A DNA stretch of 63,415 nucleotides, the filler included, from Octopus bimaculoides (lineage: Eukaryota): NCBI RefSeq assembly GCF_001194135.2. It is 5 parts of 5 records of this genome, joined end to end, with 100 filler letters (N's around TTAATTAATTAA, not from the genome) between each part and the next. Parts side by side here need not be neighbours in the genome. Positions count along the whole stretch, not along the records: positions 29,574 to 48,683 come from NC_068991.1; positions 48,784 to 56,897 come from NC_068983.1; 3 more parts are not named here. One strand, given 5' to 3'. The notes under the pieces are model-generated. The model was not told where the DNA came from and ran no database searches. It saw only the letters and a program-made list of their open reading frames with translations. Positions 38,271 to 49,148 of this stretch are shown in pieces. Every line of letters starts with the position of its first letter. Position 1 is the stretch's first letter. The position numbers and the translations under genes were made by a program.

Positions 38271-38563
38271 TTAGGGGTGTGTGTTAGTGTTCCATTCTAG
38301 TTTCCTATTCAGGCTAGGTTTATCTTCTATTATGTGTGTAGCTTCTGTAATTTGTCTAAGTGCTGCGTCTCTGCTGTGTGTGGATAAGATTTTAATTTCA
38401 ATGTTGTTGAGTGAGCCTCCATGTTCTTGCTCAGCGTGCTGGTACAGAACTGATGAGCTCTTCCCTGCCTTAAGTTCCCTCCAATGTTCATTTGCCCACT
38501 CCCCTATGCTCCTTGCTGTTTCACCTACATATGCCATTGACTTGTTCCTGCATCGTCCCTCTG
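38271..38563 (-). pseudogene. GIY-YIG endonuclease fragment of the Penelope-like element
   Basis: CTEGRCRNKSMAYVGETARSIGEWANEHWRELK...LYQHAEQEHGG...IKILSTHSRDAALRQITEATHIIEDKPSLNRKLEW matches the PLE pattern YIGET-R-EH...H...H...R-I-EA-I...P-LNR. Confidence 0.85.
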
Positions 38564-38662
38564 TACAAATATACAGTGCGTGTGTTTTTATTGGCTAAAC
38601 TGGCAATATGACCATCCCCAAGTACAACAACATATGTATGTATATATATATATATTTCATAA

Positions 38663-38707
<45 letters not shown>

Positions 38708-38718
38708 NNNNNNNNNNN

Positions 38719-38767
<49 letters not shown>

Positions 38768-39208
38768 ATAAGCATATATATGTATATACATAAGCATACA
38801 AATATACGTATGTATGTACATGTTTATGTATGTTTGCATCCAAAGAGAGAGTTGGTGTATAAACAAGAAAACATATCAATGGTAATTAAGAACTCAATTA
38901 AAAGATCATTAAACTCCATGCTAATGGATCTTTAAGAACAACACACACACATACATATATAAAAATAATTGCATGTCTTTAGTGCACATCATCTGTTTAC
39001 TTAGACAGTAGTGCTGCCCTTGCACAACATATAGATGGCTTTTAGGGAAGATCCTGGTTTATTCAGATAATAGAGTCCTTTTACACTAAACAACATACTA
39101 TTGTGATCCATCATCAGTTCTGTCTTAGCAGTTTTGTAGGTGACTGGGCAAATCAGTGCAGTGGGCCCTATAGTATTTATGTATTGACAGCATGCCACAG
39201 CATACATA

Positions 39209-39365
39209 TGAAGGGATACTGAAAAATTTCTGGTTTAAGGATATTGCAAAAGGCTTGGTTGGAGGCCCAACTGAAAGACTGCTGCAATAAGTGTGTGAAT
39301 CTGAGAGGAATATGTTGTATAAAGTCATAATTAACTGATCCTCATATATTTTCAGCACCCCTTCA
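39209..39365. mobile_element. Mariner-type MITE (157 bp)
   Basis: ta|tgaagggatactgaaaa...ttttcagcaccccttca|ta shows TIRs with a TA duplication. It contains the remnant KCVNLRG of a transposase C-terminus. Confidence 0.65.
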
Positions 39366-39521
39366 TACATCAGAACTGAGCCACCTAGATTCATGAAGCC
39401 TCTGGGCAACTGTCCAGCATGACCATGCCTCCAGATGGTGTTGTCAGTCAAAAGAGTACTTAGATCACATGATTTTTATTTGACTGGTTTTGTAACAAAC
39501 AAGTCAACTGACATTTCCCAA

Positions 39522-39553
<32 letters not shown>

Positions 39554-40700
39554 AAAGTATTAATGGGTGTGACACAAGAAGTTGTAATCTGAATCATGTG
39601 ACCTAGCCTGTAAATTTTGATTAGTGCAGTAGCACCATAATGTTTGTGTTTCATTTTACTAATTGTATGGTAACTGCTGTGTTTGAATCAGTGAACTGTG
39701 ATGTATACTTAGGACTGATTGTTAACCAAACAGAGAAAAAGAGAGTACTCTATTTTGCTCTGTTTGGCTTACAATTAGTACAAATCATGCTTCATGGTTC
39801 ACTAATTCAAACACAGTCGTTACCATATAACTAGTAAAATGAAACTACTAAAGCAATAATAAAACACTATAACAAGACAATCTACCAACAAACCTGCAAG
39901 AAATAGCAATCAATCCTCTCTCAAAATATAACCTTGCTGTCTAAAAAAAAAGGAAGGGCATTTTTATTAACATAGTCCTAGATACATTATGTTTGTCTGA
40001 CATGATGATCACAGATGAAACAAGTCTACCGGATCAGTGCTCAACTGGGGACTAAACAACTGCAGCAGTGGCAACAACAACACAATGATAGCACATTAAT
40101 AGGAAGAGATGACATTGTCCAATGTAGGTTGTGATTTGAAAGTGATGTAACTGCTATGTCTAGCAGATAAAACAACACGTAGTAGTTCTCTAATTGGCTT
40201 GTTGTTGTTATTGTTGTTGTTGAGTAGTTTCAGTTAGCTCAGTCAGCTCAATCAGTTGGCTGGATTAAAGATTGCCAATTATAAACTGATGCATTAAAAT
40301 AGCATTTCAAGACAGACCAATCTAGTTTTTATAACATGGCTAAATGTCTCAAAACTTAGAACTCAAATACACACAGTCCTTAACTTTAACCATATTGGCA
40401 CCAACTCATCTAAGAGACCATTTCAGGTCCTCTTGTTTGAAATTATTTATATTTAAACTAGAACTTCCCATCGTGATTTAAAGTAAGAATGATTGTCAAG
40501 CCCTGCTCTAAATTCCAAAAACTAATAAACTGTTCTACTATAGGCACAAGGATTGAAAGTTTGTGAGAACAGGTCAGTGAATTACATTCACCCCAGTGCT
40601 CAACTGGTACTTATTTTATCAACCCTGAAAGGACGAAAGGTAAAATTGATTTTGGCGGCATTTGAACTCAGAACATAAAATTGGAAGAAATATTAGAAAT

Positions 40701-40984
40701 AATTTTGTCCAGCATGGTAACAATTGTATCAGCTTGCCACTTTTATCTACTTAATAACTATGAAAATGTTATTTCACAAAATTTCTCCAAATTCTTGATT
40801 ATTTTCAAAATTAATTGTAATGCATAAGGAAAATATCTCCAATTTTGTCCAGCATGGTAATGATTCTACCAACTTGCCATCTTTATCTACATAATAACAA
40901 CGAAAATATTATTTTACTAAATTTCTCCAAATTCTTGATTATTTTCAAAACTAATTGCAATGCATAGGGAAAATATCTTCAATT
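40701..40984 (+). repeat. 140-bp tandem duplication
   Basis: aattttgtccagcatggtaa... occurs at 40701 and 40841, diverged. Confidence 0.85.
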
Positions 40985-41519
40985 AGGAATATGGTCAAGA
41001 AATTATGAGATAATGATGGAAGTGTTCCTTGTTTGTTGCTTGGAATTTTTACTGCTGTATTTAGCAAACATAATAGAAGATTCTTCTTCATACATGTGTT
41101 CCTGTAATTCTTTCAATCTTAAATGACAATTCTAATTTATTTAATCCTTTAGCATTCAGGATTTCTCTGTAAAATCTAAAGCTTCTTTATTCACATTGAC
41201 ATGAATTAGTCATGTATTATCTTGTAGCTTTGGGCTTTTCAATAACGTGATTGTTTTTTGACTGGGTATGGCCGGTTTAATATAATAATGGGTTAATTCA
41301 CTCCAATTCAGACTGTTGGTTTACTGACATATATCAAGCATTGCTCTTAATCTTCATAAAGTTTTGTCAAACCTGAGCAATGCAACAAATAGATGAACAA
41401 ACAAACAAGCAGTATATAAGTTGGAAAAATGAACCAATCTTCATAATGCGGTAAAAATTAAGCTTAAAAAAGATCTTGAAAGAAATTTGAAAGACTCGAG
41501 TAATTAATTATGTATGCAG

Positions 41520-41558
<39 letters not shown>

Positions 41559-41882
41559 CATGTGCGCATGTGTGGGTGTTTGTGTGCATAAATATGTATA
41601 TGTGTGTAGATATGTGTGTGTGAGTGCCATGCATATATATGTAGTGAAGTGTTTGTGTATCCATACATATCTATATGTGTGCAGATATGTGTGTGTGTGT
41701 ACTTGTATGAATGTATGTATGTATATATGTATAGACACACACATTGATGCATAAATAGATATATAGACAGAGTGACAGACAAATAGAAAGACAGACTGAT
41801 AGATGGAGAGAAAGAGGCATACAAATGAAAGAAGAAACCTGTCAACATGTTTCATAGAGTTTATATTTAATTGTATTAACAG

Positions 41883-41964
41883 GTCAACTCAGTTGTGAAG
41901 AGAAAAAACACACTCAATCAATTAGAAGCCTGCTTCTGAGTAACATGGCTTACACAGTTTCTGA
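41883..41964 (+). CDS. Candidate internal exon of an unidentified gene
   Basis: ttgtattaacag| acceptor and GA|gtaagg donor. Only one frame is open: (G)QLSCEEKKHTQSIRSLLLSNMAYTVS(E/D). Confidence 0.35.
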
Positions 41965-42874
41965 GTAAGGATGGTAACTATTGGACGATGAGTAAGACTG
42001 GTTCTCACTTGGTTGTTAATGGAAGTTTGTATCCAGGTATCATAATATTGATTTCAAATTTTGGTACAAGCCGGCAATTTCAAAGGAGGATGCTAGTTCA
42101 GTACATCGACTCCAGTATTCAACTGGTACTTATTTTATCGACCCCTGAAAGGACAAAAAGCAAAGTGGACCTTGGCAGAATTTGAACTCACAACATGAAG
42201 ACAGACGAAATGCCACTAAGCATTTTGCCCACTGTGTTAATGATTCTGCCAACTCACCACCTTATTCAGGAATTATAATATTACATGATTTCATTATTTA
42301 CTCTTAATACTGAAATCACAAACCAGAGCGAAAGAGACTAGTTTTGCATGCTATTCATCTCTTGTTAGCCTCTTATCTTATCACAAGCCAATAGCAGTCT
42401 ACCAAGTAGCACTCAGTAGCCAGTAGCAGCAATCATTTTCTGACAGCCAACACCAATTGCCATTACCAATGCACCTCTGTGATTTGAAACAGCCAATGAA
42501 AATTACTCATCATCCAATATTAACCAGCGTTATCTAGAAGTTGAGCAAGTCTTGTTTTCTCAAAAGAGAGTATCTAAATAATCAGGAGTGTTCTTGTCAC
42601 TTCCGTAAAACTATGAGTAATGTAATTCTGTGTTAAGCCATTAATAAAAATACACACATGCACACAATGTATCTATATAGTAAAAGAGAGAGAGAATAAA
42701 AGAGAGGTGTGTGCATGTGTGTGTGTGTGTGTGTGAGAGATGTATATCATATGTAATATAAAATATTTCGTATGTGTGACTGTTTAGGTAGGTGCATATA
42801 CACATGTAACTTTCTTTTTGTCTTATAAGTACACACACCATATAGATAGGTAATTAAATTACCCACCTTGTATA

Positions 42875-43660
42875 TTGAGGAATTTGGTTGACAATATTAG
42901 TAAACAGGTATCTTTATCTTCTGATGAAGATGCTTTTATGGGTGCAGCTGGATATCAAAATGAAGTACTTAGAAATGGTGGGTTCTCTGATAAGATATGT
43001 GAAAAACCACTGGGAACACACAGTGTGAGAATAGGAATAGGAAAAGGAATACTTTGTGGTACAACACAGTATATAACCTAGCAGTAAAAACTAATGTAGC
43101 TAGAGAATTTCTTAATTTAATAGATCACCATTTTCCACCAGGGCATAAGTATAGAAAAATATTGAATAGGAACTGTGTTAAGATTAGCTATTCAGCTTGC
43201 AAAAAGTTTGGGTGTTACATCAGAAGTTATAATGCCATGAAGCTGAATAGAAGAGAGATCTAAATAGTAAACCTGCAAATATCATGCAATTGTAGAACTG
43301 TCTACTATATGGTAACTGTCTGGCAAAGTCAATAGTATCAGTGCAAAGGTTGAATCAAACAACAGTGATCAACCTAAAACTTAATGGGGCAATGGAACAC
43401 ACATTGCAAAACCATTATTGCAAGTAAAAACATTCATTTGTCAGCCCCAACAAAAAATGTGCTATGGCATTATTGGAATTTATATGGTTCTTGTGTGAGA
43501 CAAATCCTCATGAATTCAAAAAATACCTGGTCTGTTGTACATAATGCACAAAATAGCAACTTTAAATCAAAGATGCGGTGTGACCTTTGAGTGAAAAACT
43601 GAGAAATTTGACTCAAGGTACCAATAGTTTGAGCAAAAGAAATAAACTGTTAACACCTTA
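42875..43660 (+). mobile_element. Decayed Penelope-like element (RT thumb, linker and GIY-YIG remnants)
   Basis: WYN..YNLAVKTNVAREFLNLIDHHFPPGHKYRKILNRNCVKISYS, then SCNCR..GNCLAKSIV, AKVESNNSDQPKT, CDL and LSKRNKL, interrupted by frameshifts and stops. Confidence 0.85.
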
Positions 43661-46418
43661 TATGCGTGCAGCTAAGTATTTTTTCTATCTGAATTCAAGC
43701 CTCCTTGAATTTCGTTCTGGTTCAAGAAAAAAACATTTGTTTTTAAAATGCTTAAATTAAAAGGTCTTATTAATATGTTTTAATTTGTGTGTGCATGTCT
43801 ATATGTGAGTATATGTATATAAGCATACATGTATATGTGTACATGTATGCATATATGTATACATGAATATATAATTCTGTGTATATATGTGTCTATATAT
43901 GTATGTTTATGCATCTAAAATGAACACCTGCACACACACCTATTGTTTTTTGAAAACATTAATTTAAAAGTATTAATTGAAAGTATTAATTGAAAGTTTT
44001 ATTTTGGAACATTGCTTAAATAGCAATGCAATTTCATGACTTTAATTGTATGGAGTTTACGACATTTATGATAATACTATCATGAGAACCAGAAATAAAA
44101 TCAAAAGCATGAGCTTGAAGCAGCCATTTTCACATGCATTGATCGTAAAGGTGTTTAAATGAAAGACCATAAGGATGAGCTTTTCNNNNNNNNNNNNNNN
44201 NNNNNNNNNNNNNNNNNNNNNNNNNNNNNNNNNNNNNNNNNNNNNNNNNNNNNNNNNNNNNNNNNNNNNNNNNNNNNNNNNNNNNNNNNNNNNNNNNNNN
44301 NNNNNNNNNNNNNNNNNNNNNNNNNNNNNNNNNNNNNNNNNNNNNNNNNNNNNNNNNNNNNNNNNNNNNNNNNNNNNNNNNNNNNNNNNNNNNNNNNNNN
44401 NNNNNNNNNNNNNNNNNNNNNNNNNNNNNNNNNNNNNNNNNNNNNNNNNNNNNNNNNNNNNNNNNNNNNNNNNNNNNNNNNNNNNNNNNNNNNNNNNNNN
44501 NNNNNNNNNNNNNNNNNNNNNNNNNNNNNNNNNNNNNNNNNNNNNNNNNNNNNNNNNNNNNNNNNNNNNNNNNNNNNNNNNNNNNNNNNNNNNNNNNNNN
44601 NNNNNNNNNNNNNNNNNNNNNNNNNNNNNTATATATATATTCAGTTGAAATTAACCAATTTTGCAAAACACTAAATATAAATGATTTTAAAGTTTATAAT
44701 ATAATGAAAGAAGAAACTGCGGGAGTTTTTTTTATGGAATTTTGTATTTCTTAATGTAAACTTTTTTTTCATTTTCTTGTTTTCATTCTCATGGACTGGA
44801 TGAAGACAATGGACATTACTTTTTTTTTTCTTTTTGTTTTTATTAATATTCCGTTTAAGGATCAAAGTTGTAGAGGATATTAATTTCTTCTTTAATAAGG
44901 GGTAAAACAGAGTTTGATGGAATCAAATCTCAATATATTATTACTGCTTGGTTAATAATATTGATTTCACCACCCCCTACTCCCAGCCACACAACATCCC
45001 CTTTACACATCGATAGTAAATCAAAATCAATGTCGGCAGGCTTTGATCTCAGAAGTACGAGGCACTTATCACATCATGGTTGATATTCTCCTCCTAAGTT
45101 CTGAGCATTGAATCAATTGAGACCTGGTGGTCTTTAGTTCCATGCCTTGCTGCAAAAAAGCAGAGGAAAGAGAAATTTTCCTCCATCTCAGGGATAGGAC
45201 AGAAGTCCTTTGTAAGTCACATTCCCAAATAAACTGACAACATTATCGAACAGTTCAGTGAACAGTGGAATATCTATAACAAATCACAACAGATGACTTA
45301 TTAGTCATGTGTCATGAGTCATGAGTCATATGTCTTATGTTATGAGCCATGAGTTATGTGTTACTTTTAACTTATTTGAATCATATCCTAGTTAAAAAAT
45401 ATCTTTGGCATGTAATGTATATAATAAAAGAAACTTAATACCTATTTAATTAGTTATGTTAACATTTCTGTCAGGAGATTCATATGTGGTTAACATAGAT
45501 AAAAATAGCATATTTGACATAACTAAACCTAGCACTAAATTCTTTAAAATATTACTTGTTATAATAAAAGTTTATTAAAATAATGCATACATACATACAT
45601 GCATGCATATATACATACATGCATATATACATACATACATACATACATACATACATACATACATACATACATGTATGTATGTATGTATGTATGTATGTAT
45701 GTATGTATGTATGTATGTATGTATGTATGTATGTATCTGATATATCTGGAGTATAGTGCAAGATAAGCCTTTTTTCACAACACACAACCATTCTAGAATG
45801 TTGAGAAAAAAACAGTTTACCTGAAACAAAACCACAGATATAACAAACAAGGAAAATTATTTCAATGTATAATAAATAAATGAATAAATTAATTAATTTT
45901 ATGTAAATTAAACCACTTGGCTGAGCAAAATAACTACAAAGGTCTATTAGAGATAATTCTCTCTAGGGGGAGCTCAATGAAATAGTATTCTCTCTCTGAG
46001 GAGAATTAAACAAAATTTGAAAGAGAATGGTAATAATGGTTATTTAGAATCGTTGCAGAAAGAAGGCTTACTCACACTACAGATATGGTAGAGAATGACT
46101 GCAGTTTAGTGCATAATTGGTTCATGCATACATACATATACATGTGTGTGTGTATGTGGGTGTGTATATATAAATATACGCACATACACACACATACATA
46201 TATACATACACATACACAAATACACATATATATATATATGCACACACACTCACATATGTGTGTATGTGTGTGCACATATACATATATATCATCATCATCA
46301 TCATCATCATCATCCCTGTTAGATGGTTTGGCAGAATCCAGCAGGTCCAAAGAAAACCATCCAATCCATACCAGCACAGAAACTCATCTTCTATGCTGGC
46401 ATGATAATGATGGTGATG

Positions 46419-46450
<32 letters not shown>

Positions 46451-46550
46451 TACACATATAATTGATTATCAAAATATGAAAAAAACTACATCAGATATAA
46501 CAAGCAGGTGCAAGGCGTGAATACAAAACATTGCTTGCTTTCAAGAATCC

Positions 46551-46845
46551 CTATGACCATTTCCTGATTTTGGTTTCCTGTTTGTTGATGGATTTAAGTT
46601 GACTTTTTGGTAATTTGTCAAAGAATAGGAGGCCAGCAGCCCGTTCAATTTTCTCAATGTCTATAGTGAAATACTTTAGTAATTTATCATCAGTTTGAGC
46701 CTCATTGGGAAGCATGAAAGACAATAGCTCGTATTCTCCTTCATTGTTCTCAATCAACACTACTTTGAAGAAATGGGTTGGTACTGCCACGTGGTTTTTA
46801 CCGATCACTTCATATTTGATGTAAACCTTTCCATCAGGTGCCGCT
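46551..46845 (-). CDS. ENDOG: Endonuclease G (mitochondrial DNA/RNA non-specific nuclease), terminal coding exon
   Basis: The minus strand reads ttgttgttgcag|A GCG GCA CCT... and translates (R)AAPDGKVYIKYEVIGKNHVAVPTHFFKVVLIENNEGEYELLSFMLPNE...IEKIERAAGLLFFDKLPK...IRKWS-TAG. VIGKNHVAVPTHFFKV and IERAxGLLF are hallmark EndoG C-terminal motifs. The phase-2 acceptor falls where I recall the vertebrate last intron (after LxLPR). Upstream exons were not found in the window. Confidence 0.93.
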
Positions 46846-48371
46846 CTGCAACAACAACAAAAAAAAAAACAAGCTTAACCCTTTAGCATTCCGATTATTC
46901 TGTCAAATGTAATGCTTATTTACTTGTATTGTTTTGAATTAAACATGCATTATCTGATAGCTTTGAGATTTTGATGATGTGATTGTTTATTTTTAGAATG
47001 AAATTAGAGGGTAGATGGGAGAGGCCAGGTCTGACCAGTTTGAACATAAAACAGGTAGAATATTTTGGCTGGATATGGCCTGTTTGAATGTTAAATAGTT
47101 AAAGGTCATGATGAAAAGAAGATTCTATGTGTACATGTGTAGAAGTCTGCTTGTGTTTGTGTATGTATTGGTATTCTGAAAAGTTTTATATTATCAAGTA
47201 TCTTCTGTTTAGTATAATTTACTGAAGAAAATTAAGTAGGAGTTCTGTACTGAAAGTTCTTAAAATTTTTTTTGAGGTTTTATGATGTGGTTCTCACAAC
47301 ATATTCTGTCAAACATCTAAAGAAGAGAAGAAAGTTTCAAATCTTGAAAAATACTTAATTGTTAATATGTCATAAACCAAAGTCACAAATTAATAAGTGG
47401 GGTGGACAAATTTCTATGCCATGTGGAAAGTGATAGTGAACAATATGTTGGAAGGAACTAATTACACGCCAATGCTGTGTAATTAGTACAAGAAATAGAT
47501 GCATAAAAATGCATTGGGATTTCTGCAAAACTGAGAGAGAGAGAGAGAGAGAGACATAATTCCAGAGATGATACATTGATGGGAACATTCAGCAGCAGAA
47601 ACACTCGGGAAATAAAGTGTGTCAACTGTTCAGAGAGTTTCTTAGATGTTTCTTTACCCACCTGTCCATGTCTGAAGATCACAAGAAATAGCGACATGCC
47701 CTCAATTGAATATGTAAACCAATCCTTGATGTTGTGGGGATTTTCTTCCTTTTGGTGCTTAGTAGTTCTAAAGCCAAAGTCTGTTTGAGGAATCTGACCC
47801 CACTTTTTAGAGGTTGAAATTTCACCACAGTGACACAACAGGCTAAGACAGCTGTGGTGACCAGCTAGCTGTAGATTTTACATTGGAGTAGCCTTCTCTG
47901 AAATGAATTGCATTACAGGGCTGAAGAACTCTACCCACCCAGGAGTTGCTGAAAGAGTGTCAAAGAGGGCACCAGAGCACCTAAAAGGTCTCTGCTCCTC
48001 GATTCGCAGTTGAGGTTGACACACTCTGGTCTTTTCCTTTCCTATGACACTCAAAAGGTAATGAGGGTTTGTGTTTGGAGCTTCTTCCATAAAATGCTAT
48101 AATTAACCCATAGCTGGGATCTTGACAAGTGCCAGTGCTCCAGGTCAGAGTACACTTGGGGACAATAGTGACTAAGAATTGGTTCCACACTCATTAAAAT
48201 CTTGGGACTCCTGACTGAACTAGAGCCCCACTACCAGATGAAGTTTAAAGTCATACCTAGGGCAATATCCATGTTTATATACCCACCAAAACAATATATA
48301 GCCATCTAAATTGTGGTGTATACCCATCAGAACCATGTATATTTACCCATGTAAGCAATATATATATATAT

Positions 48372-48683
48372 CGTCGTCGTCGTTTAATGTCCGCTTTCCA
48401 TGCTAGCATGGGTTGGACGATTTGACTGAGGACTGGTGAAACCAGATGGCTACACCAGGCTCCAATCTGATTTGGCAGAGTTTCTACAGCTGGATGCCCT
48501 TCCTAACGCCAACCACTCAGAGAGTGTGGTGGGTGCTTTTACGTGTCACCCGCACGAAGGTCAGTCAGGCGGTACTGGGAACGCCGACGCTCATCTCGCT
48601 CGAGAAACCTCGTGTGTCACCCGCACAAGAGCCACACAACCCCACACAAGAGCCAGTTCAGGGGCACCGGCAACGATCTCACT
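48372..48683 (-). mobile_element. Retroposon 3' end with (GAT/GAC)n tail (family D)
   Basis: tcgtcgtcgtttaatgtccgctttccatgctagcatgggttggacg...ctacagctggatgcccttcctaacgccaacc. Related pieces lie at 29582-29800, 35990-36089 and 46290-46420. CpGs are intact. Confidence 0.6.
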
Positions 48684-48783
48684 NNNNNNNNNNNNNNNNN
48701 NNNNNNNNNNNNNNNNNNNNNNNNNNNTTAATTAATTAANNNNNNNNNNNNNNNNNNNNNNNNNNNNNNNNNNNNNNNNNNNN
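48684..48783. other. Artificial 100-bp assembly spacer
   Basis: N44-TTAATTAATTAA-N44. Confidence 0.95.
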
Positions 48784-48829
<46 letters not shown>

Positions 48830-49082
48830 TAAAAGTTGATCATTGACAATCGAATATTAAAAATAACAATAACAAAACAACAAGAGAACGTATATATGAA
48901 ATGTATTAGCATGACACTCAGTAAACGTGGAGAAAAAGAGTGTGTTTGTAATGTTTCGAACATTGCTCTTCGTCAGAAAGAGGAGACAGGAAAAGTTCAG
49001 AGAAGGAAAAGGACAACGGACAGCACGTGTGTGGTTACACGGTTGATAGATAGATGGATAGATAGATAGATAGATAGATAGA

Positions 49083-49148
<66 letters not shown>

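Larger units (their letters stand above)
37742..38633 (-). mobile_element. 5'-truncated Penelope-like retroelement with inverted terminal segments
   Basis: Contains a GIY-YIG C-terminus and a hammerhead motif in the 3' region. A 68-bp inverted repeat lies at 37742-37809 and 38566-38633 (one mismatch). (TA)n occurs on both sides. Confidence 0.85.

Noticed and set aside
45192-45211. 20-nt micro-exon (ctcag|GGATAGGACAGAAGTCCTTT|gtaagt), phase-compatible with 41883-41964
   Set aside because: Too short to distinguish from chance, and it lies in sequence that may be a Tc1-like remnant on the minus strand.
47458-47880. 126-aa minus-strand ORF upstream of the ENDOG exon as a missing ENDOG exon
   Set aside because: No EndoG motifs in any frame, and it runs into a (GA)n repeat. 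It is probably decayed repeat sequence.
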